Assembly: GCA_034433775.1 (NCBI GenBank)
Contig: DAOUAI010000032.1
Location: 206-64,205, forward strand
Reading direction: 5' to 3'
Length of the DNA stretch: 64,000 nucleotides
DNA from: Dehalococcoidia bacterium
Lineage (GTDB): Bacteria; Chloroflexota; Dehalococcoidia; GIF9; UBA5629
Shown: in pieces, positions 59,359 to 64,000 of the stretch
How positions within the stretch are numbered: the first letter of the stretch is position 1
Layout of the letters: every line of letters begins with the position of its first letter
Notes under the pieces: generated by a model
What the model was told of the DNA's origin: nothing
Databases searched by the model: none
What the model saw: the letters and a program-made list of their open reading frames with translations, nothing else
Made by a program: the position numbers and the translations under genes

Positions 59359-62300
59359 CTAGAGCGCAGGTAACATATCTCGATCGACAGGGACAGCTTC
59401 CTCCTCTGAAGACAAAGCCCGCGCCGGAATAAGCTTGCCTATAATTACATTCTCCTTGAGACCAAGCAGGCGGTCTGTCTTCCCCCAAATCGCCGCTTCC
59501 GTCAAAACTCTAGTAGTCTCCTGGAACGAAGCAGCAGATAGCCAGCTGTCAGTATTCAAAGAGGCACGAGTGATACCCAAAAGAACAGTCTGGGCTGTAG
59601 CTGGCTCACCACCTTCCGCCAGTACTTTAGCGTTTATGCTCTCATACTCAAATCGGTCAACCAGGTCACCAGGTAAAAGGTCAGTATCACCAGGAGACTC
59701 AATGCGTACACGCCTCAACATCTGGCGGATGATAATTTCAATGTGCTTATCATTGATATTGACACCCTGCGAGCGATAGACCTTTTGCACTTCCTCAGCC
59801 AAGTATTGCTGTACGGCATCCCTGCCCATTATGCGCAGAATATCTTGCGGGTCGATCACCCCATCTGTCAGTTGTTCCCCGGCTTTCACTCTATCTCCTG
59901 GCTTGACCCGGATGCGACTTCCAGAAGGAATTACATATTCACGTTCCTCAACTTCCTCATACCCGATAAAGATTTGCCTGTTGCGGACGGTCACAGTACC
60001 AGAAACCCTGGCTATAATAAGGGAGTCATCGGCAACTGCCAGACGCTGCTCAGCTATTTCCTCTGGAGACCGAGAGGCTATAGAAGCGAGTCTGGTTCCA
60101 GCCTCGACCCATTGCCCATCAGTCACCAGCAAGGTAGCTCCTGAGGGCAAAGAATACTCGTCCTGATAGTATTCAGAACTGACAACCTTGACCTTCCGCA
60201 TATCCTGAGTCTCGATCACATCGTCCACAACACCATCGATCTCAGAAACAACAGCCACACCTTTCGGGACCCTAGCCTCAAACAACTCTTCGACTCTCGG
60301 CAAACCTGTAGTGATATCGGCACCGACCACGCCCCCTGTATGGAAAGTCCGCAAAGTTAGCTGTGTGCCGGGTTCACCGATACTTTGAGCAGCAATGATA
60401 CCCACAGCAGTGCCAATAGCTACCAACCCTCGTCTAGCTAGATCCCGCCCATAGCAATGCTGACAGATACCTCGCTTTGAACGACAACTCAAAGGTGACC
60501 TGACATAAACCTGCGTAATACCTGCATCGATAATTTGTTTCGCCTTATCCTCATTTATTTCTTCATTTCTGCGAACAATAACTTCACCGGTCACCGGATT
60601 AATAACATCAGCAGCCGCCAAACGTCCCAAGATTCGCTCACTCAAAGGTGGCAATAATCCCTTGTCAGGCTTGTCAAACAACCAGACACCTTCCTCGGTA
60701 CCACAGTCCTTTTCCAGAATAATCAAATCTTGAGCCACATCTATAAGTCGGCGTGTAAGATAACCAGCATCAGAAGTTCTCAGCGCAGTATCAGCTAGAC
60801 CCTTGCGGGCTCCATGAGTTGAAATAAAATACTCTATTACATCGAGCCCCTCACGAAAACTGGAGCGGATAGGAAAGTCTATTATCCTGCCAGAAGGGTC
60901 GGTCATAAGACCGCGCATCCCAGCCATCTGTCTAATCTGCGAGATGTTACCTTTAGCACCCGATGTTGCCATCATATAAAGTCCGCCATAACGATCAAGC
61001 GATTGGGCGACAGTATCTGTAATCTTATCTGTGGTCTCCGACCACACCTGGATTGCACTACTATATCTCTCGTCTTCTGTAATCAATCCCCGATCGTATT
61101 GACTTTCAATAACAGCTATCTTTTCCTCGCCTTCTTCTAAAATCTTCGCTTTGTTCTTCGGCACCTCGATGTCCTTGGCAGCAATGGTTACTCCTGATTT
61201 GGTAGCAAACTCAAACCCTAAGCGTTTAAGGCTATCGAGCATTGTCACCGTAGGAGCGCTTCCTAATACACGATAACAATCCAATACCAAACGTTTAAGT
61301 GAGGCTTTGTCCATTACCTGATTACAGAAGCGGAACTCAGGTGGCAGCACTTCATTGAACAAAATCCGCCCTACACTGGTTTTCAGCCTTGCCCCTCCCG
61401 ATTCAAGCCTCACCTCTATCTCGGCATGTAATTCTACGGCACCCGTCTCATAAGCCAGCTTAGCTTCATCAAAACTACCAAAGACCATCCCTTCCCCTCT
61501 AGCCCCCGGACGGGTGATAGTAAGATAATAACAGCCTAGTACCATATCTAGCGTAGGTGTCATCACAGGTTCACCACAGCTTGGTAGTAGCATATTATGA
61601 ATACTAAGTACGTGTTCCTTCGCTTCCCTAACTGCTGCCCGAGAGAGAGGCACATGAACTGCCATCTGATCGCCGTCGAAATCCGCATTAAAGGCAGCGC
61701 AAACTAACGGGTGGATCTGAATCGCACTGCCTTCGATAAGAACCGGCTCGAAAGCCTGAATGCTCAAGCGGTGCAAAGTGGGAGCCCTGTTAAGCAAAAC
61801 CGGACGTTCTTTAACCACTTCAGCCAGAATATCCCATACCTCAGGTCTTGCTCTTTCTACCTGTCTGCGGGCGCTCTTAATGTTGTGAGCATAGCCCTGA
61901 TCGATAAGGCGTCTCATTACAAAAGGCTTAAATAACTCCAGGGCCATATGTTTAGGTAAACCACACTGATGTAATTTTAATTCAGGTCCAACAACAATAA
62001 CTGAACGGCCACTGTAGTCCACCCGCTTGCCCAATAAGTTCTGACGGAAACGTCCCTGCTTCCCCCGAAGCATATCCGATAGAGACTTCAGCCTGTGAGT
62101 TCCGCTCACTGCAGCCGCTCGTCCCCTGCGCCCACTATCAACAAGCGCGTCAACAGCCTCTTGAAGCATTCTTTTCTCGTTACGAATGATTATCTCAGGG
62201 GCACCCAGGTCTATCAACCGCTTAAGACGATTATTACGATTAATCACCCGGCGGTAAAGGTCATTAAGATCGCTGGTAGCAAACCGCCCCCCATCAAGTT

Positions 62301-63246
62301 GCACTATGGGGCGAAGATCTGGGGGTAACACCGGGAGAACAGTCAATATCATCCACTCCGGCTTATTACCACTGCGCCAAAAAGCCTCTACCACCCGCAA
62401 CCTCTTTATCGCCTTTTTGCGGCGCTGCCCAGAACTAGAACGAACCTCGTCCCAGAGTTCCTGCCGCAACTTCTCCAGATCCATATCCCTCAAAATGTCA
62501 AGGATTGCCTCCGCCCCCATAGCAGCTTTAAAGAAATCGCCATAATCCCCCTTCAACTCCTGATATTGATTTTCAGTGAGGAGCATCAACGGCTGCAAGT
62601 TTTCAAGAATTGATATCCTTTCCTGTAACATGTCCTGAAGTTCCGCTTTCTCCTCTTCAAACTCACGCCGCAACTCGTTTATTTTCGTGATTGTCTCCAG
62701 ATTTGAAGTAGGCTGTCCCTTAGCTTGCTCATGAGAAATGCGTTTCTCCAGTGCTGCTTCCCTTTTCGAAACCCGCTGTCTAAGGCTTTCTTTCAGTCTT
62801 TTAACTACTTCGTCACGAGCCTGAGTATCAACCGAGGTGACAATATACTGCGCAAAATACAGAACTCGCTCGAGATTACGAGGGGAAATATCCAAGAGCA
62901 ATGCCAATCTGCTGGGTATCCCCTTGGCAAACCAGACATGAGCCACCGGTGCGGCTAGTTCAATATGCCCCATGCGTATTCTACGTACACGGGAGTGCTC
63001 TACTGTAACGCCACACCTATCACAAGTCACACCCCGATACCGTATCTTTTTATATTTTCCACAATAGCATTCGTAGTTCTTTGTCGGTCCAAAAATTCTT
63101 TCGCAAAAAAGCCCATCCTTTTCCGGTTTTAGAGTGCGATAGTTTATCGTCTCTGGTTCAGTTACTTCACCATAAGACCAGCTTCGAATCTGCTCTGGCG
63201 AAGCCAGTGAGATTCGAACAGCATTGAAATCATTTACTTCTATCAT
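59359..63246 (-). CDS. rpoC: DNA-directed RNA polymerase subunit beta'
   Basis: N-terminal zinc-binding CxxC...CxxC, NADFDGD catalytic motif, 1295 aa. Confidence 0.95.
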   Translation of the reverse strand: MIEVNDFNAVRISLASPEQIRSWSYGEVTEPETINYRTLKPEKDGLFCERIFGPTKNYECYCGKYKKIRYRGVTCDRCGVTVEHSRVRRIRMGHIELAAPVAHVWFAKGIPSRLALLLDISPRNLERVLYFAQYIVTSVDTQARDEVVKRLKESLRQRVSKREAALEKRISHEQAKGQPTSNLETITKINELRREFEEEKAELQDMLQERISILENLQPLMLLTENQYQELKGDYGDFFKAAMGAEAILDILRDMDLEKLRQELWDEVRSSSGQRRKKAIKRLRVVEAFWRSGNKPEWMILTVLPVLPPDLRPIVQLDGGRFATSDLNDLYRRVINRNNRLKRLIDLGAPEIIIRNEKRMLQEAVDALVDSGRRGRAAAVSGTHRLKSLSDMLRGKQGRFRQNLLGKRVDYSGRSVIVVGPELKLHQCGLPKHMALELFKPFVMRRLIDQGYAHNIKSARRQVERARPEVWDILAEVVKERPVLLNRAPTLHRLSIQAFEPVLIEGSAIQIHPLVCAAFNADFDGDQMAVHVPLSRAAVREAKEHVLSIHNMLLPSCGEPVMTPTLDMVLGCYYLTITRPGARGEGMVFGSFDEAKLAYETGAVELHAEIEVRLESGGARLKTSVGRILFNEVLPPEFRFCNQVMDKASLKRLVLDCYRVLGSAPTVTMLDSLKRLGFEFATKSGVTIAAKDIEVPKNKAKILEEGEEKIAVIESQYDRGLITEDERYSSAIQVWSETTDKITDTVAQSLDRYGGLYMMATSGAKGNISQIRQMAGMRGLMTDPSGRIIDFPIRSSFREGLDVIEYFISTHGARKGLADTALRTSDAGYLTRRLIDVAQDLIILEKDCGTEEGVWLFDKPDKGLLPPLSERILGRLAAADVINPVTGEVIVRRNEEINEDKAKQIIDAGITQVYVRSPLSCRSKRGICQHCYGRDLARRGLVAIGTAVGIIAAQSIGEPGTQLTLRTFHTGGVVGADITTGLPRVEELFEARVPKGVAVVSEIDGVVDDVIETQDMRKVKVVSSEYYQDEYSLPSGATLLVTDGQWVEAGTRLASIASRSPEEIAEQRLAVADDSLIIARVSGTVTVRNRQIFIGYEEVEEREYVIPSGSRIRVKPGDRVKAGEQLTDGVIDPQDILRIMGRDAVQQYLAEEVQKVYRSQGVNINDKHIEIIIRQMLRRVRIESPGDTDLLPGDLVDRFEYESINAKVLAEGGEPATAQTVLLGITRASLNTDSWLSAASFQETTRVLTEAAIWGKTDRLLGLKENVIIGKLIPARALSSEEEAVPVDRDMLPAL

Positions 63247-63258
63247 CTTGCCTCTCCC

Positions 63259-64000
<742 letters not shown>

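Overview
The window reads as a stretch of a streamlined anaerobe chromosome, most consistent with a Dehalococcoidia-like Chloroflexota genome. That inference rests on three things I can see and cannot confirm from sequence alone: a stripped-down dcw cluster with no murein genes, a class II ribonucleotide reductase, and two cytoplasmic group-3 [NiFe] hydrogenases. Gene density is high and mostly housekeeping: def, priA, rplS, trmD, mogA, mraZ, rsmH, ftsA, ftsZ, nrdR, nrdJ, uvrC, a Xer recombinase, pcm, the rpmG-secE-nusG-rplKAJL block, tuf preceded by a Thr-Tyr-Thr tRNA array, ruvB, rpoC and the 3' end of rpoB. The main points of interest are:

- **Hydrogenase supercluster (20.2-34.9 kb, minus strand).** Operon A encodes a NuoE-like subunit, a 1042-aa NuoF fused to a GltD-like NAD(P)H flavoprotein, a NuoG-like subunit and HoxY/HoxH-like subunits. 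Operon B encodes a GltD/HdrA-like flavoprotein plus MvhD, MvhG and MvhA, followed by NifU-like, MobB and HoxU-like genes. Together they suggest an NADH/NADPH- and possibly ferredoxin-linked (bifurcating-type) hydrogen metabolism.
- **GAF–endonuclease-like–HPRT fusion.** A 486-aa protein directly downstream of nrdR-nrdJ combines a GAF sensor, a DUF559/Vsr-like middle domain and hypoxanthine phosphoribosyltransferase.
- **MraZ-box-like repeat array.** Phased GTGRR repeats with a 10-bp period bracket the promoter of the dcw operon.
- **Frameshifted tuf.** Two nucleotides appear to be missing near position 47103.
- **Structured non-coding region.** A 470-bp GA/CT-rich region with nested inverted repeats lies between divergent tRNA-Asp and tRNA-Ala genes, bracketed by 13-bp direct repeats.
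- **Accessory-type genes.** These include a GAF-GGDEF-HD-GYP c-di-GMP protein, a PncC-NUDIX fusion, a TIGR04076/amidase/DUF169 cluster, a PadR-membrane pair and a lipoprotein thermonuclease.

No CRISPR array, rRNA or clear mobile element was seen.
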